Source: Candidatus Latescibacterota bacterium
GTDB taxonomy: Bacteria; Latescibacterota; UBA2968
DNA: 64,000 bases
Direction of reading: 5' to 3'
Assembly (NCBI GenBank): GCA_965116885.1
Contig: OZ220741.1
Location: 800,001 to 864,000, forward strand
The notes beneath the pieces are model-generated. The model worked only from the letters and a program-made list of their open reading frames with translations. It did no database searches and was not told the origin of the DNA. Of the stretch, positions 49,806 through 58,830 are shown one piece after another. The stretch's first letter is position 1. Every line of letters begins with the position of its first letter. A program made the translations under genes and the position numbers.

Positions 49806-51155
49806 CTAAAACTCCCGCCACCAGTACGGATTGGACAACTCCCCCGGATAATTGGAATGCACCAATTCGTAAACCCCCGTACCCCGCCGATCTCTAAACA
49901 CAAATTCGTAGCGCCGCGCGATCTCGTAAAACCACACCTCCGAAGGCTTCTGACCCGCAGCAGAAGTCCGATAATCAATATCATCGGGCGGCCCATATTG
50001 AATATAAACCCGTCCACGGTCCGTATCCGACCCCCTTACGCCAGCCCCAAAATGCGTCTCCACATAATGCATACGCATCAAATGCTGTAACAGACGCTCA
50101 TTAGTCGGCGTATCCGGCGCGTCGTCCAACTGCTTCCAGAAAACCTTCAAAAACGCCAGCCTCGCGGGCCAACTCTCCAGCGCGTCATAAGTCCGCCGCG
50201 TCTTCTCATCGGCGACATACCGGATATCTGCATAATACCCGATCAAATCCCTCTGTACCTGCGTAAGCCCCTCGGGCAAATCTTTTGACACCAGAAAAAT
50301 GGGACGTCTCGTCTTAAAATACTGCCGACTGCTCCCATCAAACGCCTCCACCTGAAGATCATAAGTCCCCTCCCGCAAACCCTCTGTATCCAGAACCTCT
50401 GCCCTCACACAACTCTCCCCCGGCTTTAAGAACCGCTTAGCGGGATAAGTACGCACAACCACCCCCTCCGCATCGATCAGACGGTACCCCATAATAAAAC
50501 TCTCTCCCGACGACGACAAATTATACACCTCAAAATAAATCTGCAGCGGCTCTCCGATAACATAATTTCGGGTAATATTCGGCACGACCTTCCAGCCCTG
50601 CTTGACAAACCGATGCACTTCCCCGCTTCGCGCCACATGAGAAGCCAATTGCAAATCGCTGAACACCAGCCCCACACGACGCTCGTAATCCGGTATCTGA
50701 AGCGGCGCAGTACAACGTCCACTCGCCTCCGCATGGATATCCTTAATCTGCACAATCAGCCGATAAACACCCGGCTTCAAATCAAAAAAAACAGCATCCT
50801 TAAACGGCGCTCCGATCCCCACATCCAGCTCCGGTACAGCAACCTGCTGTACCCATGTCCGATGAGCCACCCGATTATCCAGCGTATCCAGCACCACAGC
50901 AACCAGAGAAATCTTCCCAACGGACTCACCCCCCTGTTCCCGCAGCTCAAGCTGACTCGCATCCAGCAACAGTGCCACCTCCTGTCGGGTATATCCCTCA
51001 GGACCTCGAAAAGCCGACAAATCCACAAAAAAACGCAGGTTGCCCACACTCTTCAAAGGCAAATCCTGCGTCTCAGTATCATCGCGAACCTGTGCTGGCA
51101 AGTCTGTTATCCAAAAACAAACGAGTATCATCGCGATGCGACTGGTCCATTTCAT
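49806..51155 (-). CDS. GWxTD-domain exported protein (motif variant GSDTDRG)
   Basis: Signal peptide; FWKQLD..PDTPTNE...TDRGRVYIQYGPPD...EVWFY. Confidence 0.75.
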   Translation of the reverse strand: MKWTSRIAMILVCFWITDLPAQVRDDTETQDLPLKSVGNLRFFVDLSAFRGPEGYTRQEVALLLDASQLELREQGGESVGKISLVAVVLDTLDNRVAHRTWVQQVAVPELDVGIGAPFKDAVFFDLKPGVYRLIVQIKDIHAEASGRCTAPLQIPDYERRVGLVFSDLQLASHVARSGEVHRFVKQGWKVVPNITRNYVIGEPLQIYFEVYNLSSSGESFIMGYRLIDAEGVVVRTYPAKRFLKPGESCVRAEVLDTEGLREGTYDLQVEAFDGSSRQYFKTRRPIFLVSKDLPEGLTQVQRDLIGYYADIRYVADEKTRRTYDALESWPARLAFLKVFWKQLDDAPDTPTNERLLQHLMRMHYVETHFGAGVRGSDTDRGRVYIQYGPPDDIDYRTSAAGQKPSEVWFYEIARRYEFVFRDRRGTGVYELVHSNYPGELSNPYWWREF

Positions 51156-51198
51156 GGGTTATCCTATCGTTAAAACCCATACATTTCGGGTGCTGGAT

Positions 51199-51806
51199 TT
51201 AGCAATATTGCGCGTGGGGATCCGGTATGCTTTGGAAGCGTTGGCAGTAATCCCATAAAACAAAATCAACCATCCGTTTTTCCATATCGTATTCATTGGC
51301 AAGATACGCAACAAGTTCATCAACTGTAGTTGAGCACGCTTCAGCACAACTTTCAAGCCAAACATCTGGCTTGGCCGTGTCTTGCAAGCCAATGTTCATT
51401 GCGAGGTGATACTTCGTCACATCTCCGATCCAAGGAAGCTCTTGTAGCACATCCATACCACCTCCGCTTACCCTCGATTTGAAACCGTCAAACCCTTCCT
51501 TGGCAATCATTTTGCAGCCTTTGAGGAAGTTATCCGCTTTAAGTTTATTCTGTATGGGAAGGGCGTCTCTCTTGATCGGCTTGAGATCGGCCAGGGCGTC
51601 GAGATCGAAATTTTTGAAGACAACAGTAATCGCCGGGAACTTGGCCTTAACAATCTTATTCCTGAAGCCGCTTGCAAAAACGACCCAACAGTATTTTTCT
51701 AAAAGTCAGTCGCGCTGAGTTTATCAAAGTCGAGAAATGTCCGTGCATTAACATCAACTTTAACGCGAGCAACTTCGAACATTCTTTTAGCTTTTTCCTT
51801 GTCCAT
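51199..51806 (-). pseudogene. Frameshifted HhH/DNA-glycosylase-like hypothetical gene
   Basis: ATG at 51806 (MDKEKAK...) stops at GAC TTT TAG. One extra T in the run at 51701-51704 gives DFLEKYCWVVFASGF... in frame with the 103-aa ORF (LPWIGDVTKYHLA...KPD). Confidence 0.6.
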
Positions 51807-51927
51807 AACCTGCTTACTCTCCTCAATAGCTAATGCTGTGTGGTGAAATTGTACTCCATTTGTACTCCATAGCGATTGTCTTCACTCCTGCGCCCTGCAA
51901 TTACCTTTTCGCCCAGGCTAGTGTCTT

Positions 51928-53106
51928 TTATTTTTCTTTCCCTACCGTCAACGTCACATCGGGGATCGAAGTCCTTATTTCGTACGAGGCACGCAAGTTT
52001 ATCACTTGTCGCGTGCGGTCAATCTCTGCAGCCAGGAGTTCAGCGTCGGGCAGTGTAGTTCGATACTCGGCTGGCATTACATTGTTCGTCAACCCTCCGA
52101 GCGCGTACCGGGCAACGGCTTCGTTTTTCTCCGAGCAGAGAATTAGTCCTACGGGCGGGTTTTCATCCTCGTGCGTCCAGTGTTCCCGTGCATAGTTAAG
52201 ATAGAGGTTCATTTGTCCAGCGTCGGCGTGAGTGAATTTTCCGAGTTTCAAGTCAATGACCACCAGACACCGCAGACGACGATGATAAAACAGCAAATCT
52301 ACCCGATACCACTCGTCGCCAACACGCAGACGTTTTTGCCTGCCCATGAAGCAGAAATCCCCGCCCAATTCCATAAGAAAAGTCTCCAGGTGAGAGATTA
52401 ACGCTTCTTCCAGGTCGCTTTCAGAGTATTCGTCCTTGAGATCGAGAAATTCGAGAACGAATGGATCTTTGATTTCCTCTTCGGGGAGAACGCGGTCTTC
52501 AGATTGTGCCTTCTGGCCTTTGGTCAGCATGGCGGCTTTGTTCTTTGAGAGAGCCGTGCGCTCGTAGAACTGGGAATTGATCTGCCGGTTGAGCTGGCGA
52601 ACCGACCATCCTCCGCGCAGGGCCTCGGTTTCGTAGAACTCACGGGCGTTTATATTCTTCACAGAAAGCAATCGCACATAAGCGGACCACGAAAGAGGAA
52701 AGCGTGAGGCGATACTGGCCAAAGAAGATTCCGTTGATGTCGCTGGCAGCAGATTTTCGCTGGATTCAGATTCTCCAGACAGTGTCTGGAGAATTTGCTC
52801 AGGTGGATACGATTGGTAGAACAGACGCATCTGCCAGATATTCTGACGAGAAAACCCACGACCGAATCTTTCTGTGAGATCAACGGCCAGTCTTTCAACA
52901 AGTGCAGTTCCGTATTCGGCTCTCTCCTCACCTGACTGCTCAAATTCCACGACGTGCTGCCCGATCATCCAATACGCAGCCGTCATAACAGCGTTTACTG
53001 AACGAGCAGCAGTTCGCCTCGCCTCGTCGATAATACTGGATACATCACCAAAGATGGACTGGTACTGGACCTCAAGCTCGTCAGCTTTGACCATTGGCTT
53101 TTTCAT
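51928..53106 (-). CDS. DUF1016/YhcG-family PD-(D/E)xK nuclease-like protein
   Basis: AYWMIG, LSWSAY, WSVRQLNRQI, KDPFVLEFL, DLLFYHRRLRCLVVIDLK, GQMNLY. Confidence 0.9.
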   Translation of the reverse strand: MKKPMVKADELEVQYQSIFGDVSSIIDEARRTAARSVNAVMTAAYWMIGQHVVEFEQSGEERAEYGTALVERLAVDLTERFGRGFSRQNIWQMRLFYQSYPPEQILQTLSGESESSENLLPATSTESSLASIASRFPLSWSAYVRLLSVKNINAREFYETEALRGGWSVRQLNRQINSQFYERTALSKNKAAMLTKGQKAQSEDRVLPEEEIKDPFVLEFLDLKDEYSESDLEEALISHLETFLMELGGDFCFMGRQKRLRVGDEWYRVDLLFYHRRLRCLVVIDLKLGKFTHADAGQMNLYLNYAREHWTHEDENPPVGLILCSEKNEAVARYALGGLTNNVMPAEYRTTLPDAELLAAEIDRTRQVINLRASYEIRTSIPDVTLTVGKEK

Positions 53107-53255
53107 TTCGTCGTGTCTCCATGAATGTGCTGTCGAACCGGACGAATCGCCCCATCCACTTTTTGAATATAATGATAAATGCCTATTTGCAATTTACTCG
53201 AAAAAACAGGGGGTTTCAAGGTCATTTTTGAGTATAAAGATTATTTGCAAAATTT

Positions 53256-53288
53256 AAGACCAATCAGACAATGATGCTGATTGGTCTT
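53256..53288. terminator. Hairpin, possible terminator
   Basis: AAGACCAATCAG-9 nt-CTGATTGGTCTT; weak U-tract. Confidence 0.45.
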
Positions 53289-53342
53289 TGTACGACAAAA
53301 TAAGGCCCTATCTCCACCTTTTACCGTAGATTTCCCTTAACT

Positions 53343-54038
53343 CTAATATGGCAGTTCAATACCTGTCTCTTTCAGCAACATTCGGCCCAGAGATGAAATA
53401 TCTATCCGAGCCTTGAACTCGCCTGCCTGCAAATCGAATGGAGGGTACTCTCCTCTTTTTACACCGTCGTATTTGCGTCGAAGGAGTCCTAGCCTGAGTA
53501 GGTTTTGCTTGCCGAGGTTATAGAGTTCCGCTCTATCTACTTCTTCCCGAGACGATCCTGAGGTAACCGGTGGTGGTTGGTCAATGTTGTCCCAAGCGTT
53601 GGAACCAAGATCCGGGTATGATTGACCGTAGGCATTGAGCAGAAGGAATTCGTCGTCATCGATTTCGCCGAACAGATCAAGTAGTCGTTTTCTTCTTATG
53701 AGGTCCACCTCATCTTCCCTCAACCCGCGAAACACGATCTCCGCAATTTTTGTAATGCGATCAGATGTTGTTGCCCGTGCCGCAAAGAATCCGCCGGATT
53801 CAATCAGATCAATTTTCTCGACGTCAGCCAAGATGTGTTCGACTTTCTCTTTTTCCAGCGTCTCAAGTCTCGCATTAAGCTGCCGAAGATACTCGACGAT
53901 GCGGTCCTGCCTCAGCCGAGGAATTGCTTCGGTAATCAGTTCGGCCAGCGGCCCACCAATGACAGGCACAAGGCTTGCCGCGGTCTTCGTGACGGATGCA
54001 ATGTTGTCACGCAAGTTTTTATCCAATTGATCAGACAT
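53343..54038 (-). CDS. Hypothetical protein, Abi-alpha/DUF4393-like
   Basis: N-terminal SLVPVIGGPLAEL helix; C-terminal winged-helix-like NLLRLGLL...ISSLGRMLL. Confidence 0.45.
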   Translation of the reverse strand: MSDQLDKNLRDNIASVTKTAASLVPVIGGPLAELITEAIPRLRQDRIVEYLRQLNARLETLEKEKVEHILADVEKIDLIESGGFFAARATTSDRITKIAEIVFRGLREDEVDLIRRKRLLDLFGEIDDDEFLLLNAYGQSYPDLGSNAWDNIDQPPPVTSGSSREEVDRAELYNLGKQNLLRLGLLRRKYDGVKRGEYPPFDLQAGEFKARIDISSLGRMLLKETGIELPY

Positions 54039-54215
54039 GCAAGGTCCCTCTTATTGGTCTAAATATCGACAAGAGTGCATTACTGTAATAGCCTACACTA
54101 TGGATGGTTTACAACTGGCTGTATCTCAAGCCTGTTCACCTTCTTGCGGACTCGACAAGGCAGGTATGCGTTATAGACATGGACGAAATTTTCCAAATTA
54201 GTTTCAACAAGCCAT

Positions 54216-54950
54216 TCACCGCTTAATCATTTTGTTGAGAATGCGCCGAATTTGACGTTCAAGCGGCTCAGGAATTTGTAGATTTTCCGACTTGATCATA
54301 GCAATACAAACATCAAGTACCGCAACAAAATCGTTCTGTAAGATACGTGCCGTGTGTAGCTTGTGGAGATCTCGCAGAGCTTGACCGTGGCATTTGCGGA
54401 CTTTTTTGCCGCTACCGCACGGACAGGGATGGTGCCCGCGATAACCATACTCAATAAGGAAGGCAATGACAGCCAATGCCGCTCGTTCGTCGGTCAATTC
54501 AAGAGTATCCATATAGTGCTGAACGATGCCTACTGCACCGTGTTCTGCCTCACCAAAGGGATGCGTACCATATTTCTTGTAATAGCAGTATCCGAAGAAG
54601 TACGGAATGAGGAGACGGTTTACAAATCCCAAGAGTGAGGGTTGTTGCCAGAAGATGCGGTGTTTTTCGATGGGGATTCCAAGGCATAACGTACCGTCCC
54701 CGTTCAGGTGATCATAATCGCTATCGATCTTCCCACCGGTTTCACGGACGTACGGAAGATTCTCTGGGTAAATATCGGGGATGGTGAGTTCGATTTCGAA
54801 GCACTCTACGATTGTGCTATGTCCATTAGCCGATGCCTCAAACGGCAATGGACCTGATAATATTGTCGCGTTTTCTGCTCTCGTGATTGCCGTCAGCCCA
54901 CGGTGTACACATTGCAATTCGGCAATCTCGGCAACAAGTTCTTCTTTCAT
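54216..54950 (-). CDS. Prokaryotic E2 (ubiquitin-conjugating-like) domain fused to SEC-C zinc motif; CBASS ancillary protein
   Basis: IELTIPDIYPENLPYV...HLNGDGTLCLG (E2-like), PFGE..HG, CPCGSGKKVRKCH (SEC-C); ATG abuts the CD-NTase stop. Confidence 0.7.
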   Translation of the reverse strand: MKEELVAEIAELQCVHRGLTAITRAENATILSGPLPFEASANGHSTIVECFEIELTIPDIYPENLPYVRETGGKIDSDYDHLNGDGTLCLGIPIEKHRIFWQQPSLLGFVNRLLIPYFFGYCYYKKYGTHPFGEAEHGAVGIVQHYMDTLELTDERAALAVIAFLIEYGYRGHHPCPCGSGKKVRKCHGQALRDLHKLHTARILQNDFVAVLDVCIAMIKSENLQIPEPLERQIRRILNKMIKR

Positions 54951-56156
54951 TTATGCTCTCCACGGCCTCGTCGACGTCGACTTTGAGATATGGATTCTCG
55001 GAACGCTACTTTCCGCAGCCACGCCAGATGCGATCAGGTCAAAATGTTTGGAGACAACCGCCGCACCGAGCGTCGCAGAAAGCCGTTCGCGCAGAATATT
55101 GAGGTGTGGCTCTTCCAAAATATCGAAAAGGGTTTCTTTTAACGCTGCAACCCAACGAAAAAAGGCTCTTGCACGCGCATGATTATTCTCATGCCAACGA
55201 TCAGCGAAATTCTCTTTGGAATTAACCGGATTACCAATATACCACCCACCGTCGGGCATGCGTTTAATGGGACTGTGGGGTGCCAAGCTTCTGTTCACAG
55301 TTCCGTTTTCAACGAGAACTGCATGTGCATGGAGCTGAGTGACAATACTGTGGAGTGCCGAGTAGATGTCAGGCTCGTCTTGGTAGAACTGCGCGGCGAG
55401 CGTAGTGATGATGATCGAGATAGGTGCGTATTTATTGTTCTGTTCATTGTCGAACATTATATCCCGATGTCGCTTCATGAGCTGAATCGAACGCTGGAGT
55501 GGCGTGCGGACGAGCGCGTCTGGAACATCGTCAATGCTCGCATAGATATGGGAACTCTGCGCCAGAATGGCCCGCTTCTGATCGGTTCGTGCGAATTCAA
55601 ATGCTGCTTGGTTCTGGCGGTCAAACCAAAGTCCGTAGCCTTTGGGATCGCTGGCCGACCAGATATAAACATTTTCTTTTTTGTTCGTAATGGCGATGGC
55701 TGTATCGAGAAGTTGTTGGGGGTCAGGAACCGACGGTAGGACGTCAAGGTGAAATCCAATATCATCCTGTTCGGCATACTCAAGTGTCCAGCACCGTTTG
55801 CCTTCTTCATCCAGCAACTTGCGGTACGTGCCGTGTTCCTTGAGGCGATTACCAACCATCAATTTCACAGATTGGGGAGTTGTCCAATGCTTTTCTATCG
55901 GCAATTCACATACAAGATCAATGTCGTAGCTAGCTTCGATACCGTCTCTTATGGGCCTGACGACGGTGCCAAGGCGAAAGGACCCTTGTGGATAAATGCT
56001 GGGTTCACCGGCGCAACCCGGATACTCACCACCCTCAAGATATTTGCCAACAGCCTGATAGCGATCAACCGCGTCTTGATATTTGCTCGGCGGAATGTCG
56101 ATAGTTTCCGCAACCTTCTCTAAAAATCTTGAATATCTATTTTTATCAACCATCAT
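54951..56156 (-). CDS. cGAS/DncV-like nucleotidyltransferase (CD-NTase)
   Basis: IYPQGSFRLGTVVRP...YDIDLV, FHLDVLP, PISIIITTLAA, NPVN..ENFADRW. Confidence 0.92.
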   Translation of the reverse strand: MMVDKNRYSRFLEKVAETIDIPPSKYQDAVDRYQAVGKYLEGGEYPGCAGEPSIYPQGSFRLGTVVRPIRDGIEASYDIDLVCELPIEKHWTTPQSVKLMVGNRLKEHGTYRKLLDEEGKRCWTLEYAEQDDIGFHLDVLPSVPDPQQLLDTAIAITNKKENVYIWSASDPKGYGLWFDRQNQAAFEFARTDQKRAILAQSSHIYASIDDVPDALVRTPLQRSIQLMKRHRDIMFDNEQNNKYAPISIIITTLAAQFYQDEPDIYSALHSIVTQLHAHAVLVENGTVNRSLAPHSPIKRMPDGGWYIGNPVNSKENFADRWHENNHARARAFFRWVAALKETLFDILEEPHLNILRERLSATLGAAVVSKHFDLIASGVAAESSVPRIHISKSTSTRPWRA

Positions 56157-56158
56157 TA

Positions 56159-57166
56159 TTACTCCTTGTTAAGTTGGTAAACCGGCGTGAATGCATCCGC
56201 CGGCTGATCAAAGAAAACGAGATCAAGAATGGGTTGTCGGTCACGAGCTTTCGTATGGCCGAGACCTTTCAATTTTTGGATAACCCGCGTGTCGTCCATC
56301 TTGTAAGTATCCTTGGAGACGGTGTGATCGATCCGATGTATGGCAGTTCGATCGTGTTCGTCCCCGGTGAGTAATTTGGCGATGCCCATCGCACCATGCG
56401 ACTGGCCATCCATGAACAACTTTACGATATTTGTACCAAGGGTCCCGATCCCGGCCCTCTCGGGAATGGTGTAGGTCTCTGCCAGACACCCCAAGCTCAG
56501 GATGTGAAGGGAGTCTCTTGGCCAGTCTAGCACGGTTGTGGCTTCAACCGCGGCAATGCCGATCGGATTGTTCGCCCAGACCCCGCCGTCAAGGAGCCCA
56601 ACATCGTGCTGTGTGATGTGGTGTTGGAAATAGGTTGGCGCAGCGGATGTGGCAAGGGCGGCATCGACGGCCGGGGATCGATAATCATTCTTCAGACGAG
56701 GATGATGGGCTGTCTTGTAGATATAAACGCACCGCGCAACCGGATTCCAGGCAGGAACCATAAGGCGGGTCGTTGCTTCGCCAATGCGCTTGTTGCCGAA
56801 AACGTCCTGAAGTGCACTACGTAGCGCATTAGAATCGTACTTCCGTCGGTAGAGCCATTGGATACCACGAAGTTTTCTATAGGCAAAACCTTGTAGCGCG
56901 TCATGATTCTGTCCGAAGACGTCAGGCCCGCATTTTTCGTAAAGGTCAAGGAGTTTTGTGGCGGGAAGGCCCATAGCCAGTCCGATGGCGAGAATTCCGC
57001 CGGTTGATGTACCGGCGATCAGGTCGAAATACGCACCAATTGGATATTTGAGATGTTGTTCCAGTGCCGCAAGAAAGGCCGCCGGAAAGGTGCCGAGAAT
57101 ACCCCCACCGTCAATAGAGAGAATGCGGCGTTTCGGTTCTTGTTGATATTGTTTTTCCTCTATCAT
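56159..57166 (-). CDS. capV: CBASS patatin-like phospholipase effector
   Basis: RILSIDGGGILG, GTSTG, SAAPTYF, DGGVWANNP; directly upstream of the CD-NTase; start reassigned to MIEEKQY. Confidence 0.88.
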   Translation of the reverse strand: MIEEKQYQQEPKRRILSIDGGGILGTFPAAFLAALEQHLKYPIGAYFDLIAGTSTGGILAIGLAMGLPATKLLDLYEKCGPDVFGQNHDALQGFAYRKLRGIQWLYRRKYDSNALRSALQDVFGNKRIGEATTRLMVPAWNPVARCVYIYKTAHHPRLKNDYRSPAVDAALATSAAPTYFQHHITQHDVGLLDGGVWANNPIGIAAVEATTVLDWPRDSLHILSLGCLAETYTIPERAGIGTLGTNIVKLFMDGQSHGAMGIAKLLTGDEHDRTAIHRIDHTVSKDTYKMDDTRVIQKLKGLGHTKARDRQPILDLVFFDQPADAFTPVYQLNKE

Positions 57167-57292
57167 TATTTTCCTCAACAGGGTAATGCCGGTTGTTATC
57201 AAGTAAGCAGATCGCCATGGAGTTCTTCTGCACGTCGTTAATGCAACTTCGAGCATATTACCGGCAGGAATTATATTATCAGACTCTTTGCA

Positions 57293-57350
57293 TGTTAAAT
57301 GTTTTGCAACACTAAACAATTAACATAAAAAAAACGGAGACAAATGTCAA
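57293..57350 (-). promoter_or_regulatory. Sigma-70 promoter of the CBASS operon with overlapping palindromic operator
   Basis: Minus strand TTGACA-17 nt-TATGTT; imperfect palindrome TGTTAAATGTT-ttgc-AACACTAAACA at 57293-57318. Confidence 0.65.
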
Positions 57351-57528
57351 GGTCAATCATGCGTCACTCCTGTCAGTCACCGCCGACAGCCTACGGGTCC
57401 TTATTCCACTAACTTGAGGACAAGATATACAACCAAGGGTGGGATGTCTAAGATACGGTATTATCACGGATTGATAAGGCATGTATAGTCGGTTAGTCGT
57501 AGCATACTTCTTACCCGTTTTTTAATCC

Positions 57529-58197
57529 TTAATTTACATATAGATTTAACCTATCTATCATATCCCCTGTGGTATCGCGCACCAGTTGTGTCTGCTTTAA
57601 CCGAATCATCATCGCCTGTATGGACACGCCAAAAGTTTTATTGAAATTTCTAGCCACATGGTTGAGGCAGTCTTCATATTGGCTAAACCGTGTGCCCCGC
57701 TTAAACGAATAGGCTTCTTTTCCGTAATATTCACGTACTGCTTGAGCCAGAAGATTACGAGGCATTAATATACACGCAGCAGTGAAATCAGCCTGTAATT
57801 CTTCTCTTTTTTTCTTTTGGGAATCTCGGCAGATAATATTTGCGCTCGTGGTACCAAAGAAATTTATTTGATTGGGATTGGGCATAAAAAACTCTCTGTG
57901 TAGCTCCCAGTGTGCTACTTCATGAGCCGCAGTAAAATTAAATCTTCCGACTTCTCTTTCAAGGGAACTGTCAATCACGATTCGACGTTCTAAGAAGTAA
58001 ATTCCACCTAAAATATCCGAACATTCCAGTTCATCTCTAAGATTGTCAATCTCAAGAGATAATTTTAGGTGGCTTTCGATAATGTCATCTATAGGGATTG
58101 GTAGGCCCAGTTGACCCCGATCTTGTTTGTATTCAAGCAAAAGTTTTTGGGCTACTGCCTCCATCTCATCGTATGTTAAGTAAGGGACGACAACCAC
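57529..58197 (-). CDS. ImmA/IrrE-family metallopeptidase (CapP-like)
   Basis: LPIPIDDI, RFNFTAAHEVAHW, ELQADFTAACILMP, FGVSIQAM.IRL. Confidence 0.85.
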   Translation of the reverse strand: MVVVPYLTYDEMEAVAQKLLLEYKQDRGQLGLPIPIDDIIESHLKLSLEIDNLRDELECSDILGGIYFLERRIVIDSSLEREVGRFNFTAAHEVAHWELHREFFMPNPNQINFFGTTSANIICRDSQKKKREELQADFTAACILMPRNLLAQAVREYYGKEAYSFKRGTRFSQYEDCLNHVARNFNKTFGVSIQAMMIRLKQTQLVRDTTGDMIDRLNLYVN

Positions 58198-58215
58198 AAG
58201 TACACTCCTAAACCA

Positions 58216-58575
58216 TTATTGTTTACGCCGATTTCTTGTATCGTCTATTAACTGATCCCATTCGGTGGACGAAAGATTCTGTTGAGCAATTGTTCGCATC
58301 AATTCTGGTAACTTTTCTTTGTAAATTTTATTTTTTTTATAGGTTTCTTCGATATCGGGGTGCACCCGATGATCCACAAGACTAAAAATTTCATCTTTGT
58401 CTTTATCATAAACTTTTGCGATCTGTAAAAGTTTATCAGCTTGGGGTGAATTCTCCTTGTTATTTTCAAGTCGGCTCAGATAGGTTGCTGAAATTCCAAT
58501 CCTTTTAGCGGACTCTCGCAAACCAAGACGCAAATCAAGCCGCCACTGTTTGATAGTTTCTCCAAATGTAGCCAT
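58216..58575 (-). CDS. XRE-family HTH repressor (CapH-like)
   Basis: FGETIKQWR...LRESAKRIGISATYLSRLEN...P. Confidence 0.88.
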   Translation of the reverse strand: MATFGETIKQWRLDLRLGLRESAKRIGISATYLSRLENNKENSPQADKLLQIAKVYDKDKDEIFSLVDHRVHPDIEETYKKNKIYKEKLPELMRTIAQQNLSSTEWDQLIDDTRNRRKQ

Positions 58576-58591
58576 GCTTTATCCTCCACAG

Positions 58592-58630
58592 CTTGCAGTG
58601 TAATGTAACACTAAACAAATATAAAGTCAA
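58592..58630 (-). promoter_or_regulatory. Sigma-70 promoter of the HTH/peptidase pair with the same operator half-site
   Basis: Minus strand TTGACT-17 nt-TACATT; TGTAACACTAAACAA at 58604-58618 versus TGCAACACTAAACAA at 57305-57319. Confidence 0.65.
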
Positions 58631-58718
58631 GATATTTTCAGAAAAATACTGCGGATAGTGAACTTGCCGGAGTTGTTTGGCACCACAAGCACATTGAACC
58701 TCTGAAGACTGACCGAAT

Positions 58719-58830
58719 TGGACTTAATCCGTTTTAGTGGACAACTTATCTTTTTCAGAGAAAGGAGTCCACAATCACAATAAAAAGAAAAAGATCATAT
58801 CCAACAGCATTTCGTCAGCAAGTTGTGAGC
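58719..58830 (+). mobile_element. Degenerate IS3-family left end with truncated orfA
   Basis: TGGACTTAATCCGTTTTAGTGGACA resembles the IS3-group terminal repeat (recalled, not searched); internal GTGGAC/GTCCAC, RBS AAAGGAG, then KRKRSYPTAFRQQVV. Confidence 0.5.

Noticed and set aside
57167..57319. N-terminal extension of the patatin in the ORF track
   Set aside because: It overlaps the predicted promoter/operator; ATG at 57166 with an upstream GAGG fits better.
51160..58600. Integron cassette array (co-oriented accessory genes)
   Set aside because: No convincing attC sites (RYYYAAC...GTTRRRY with pairing) between genes and no integron integrase.
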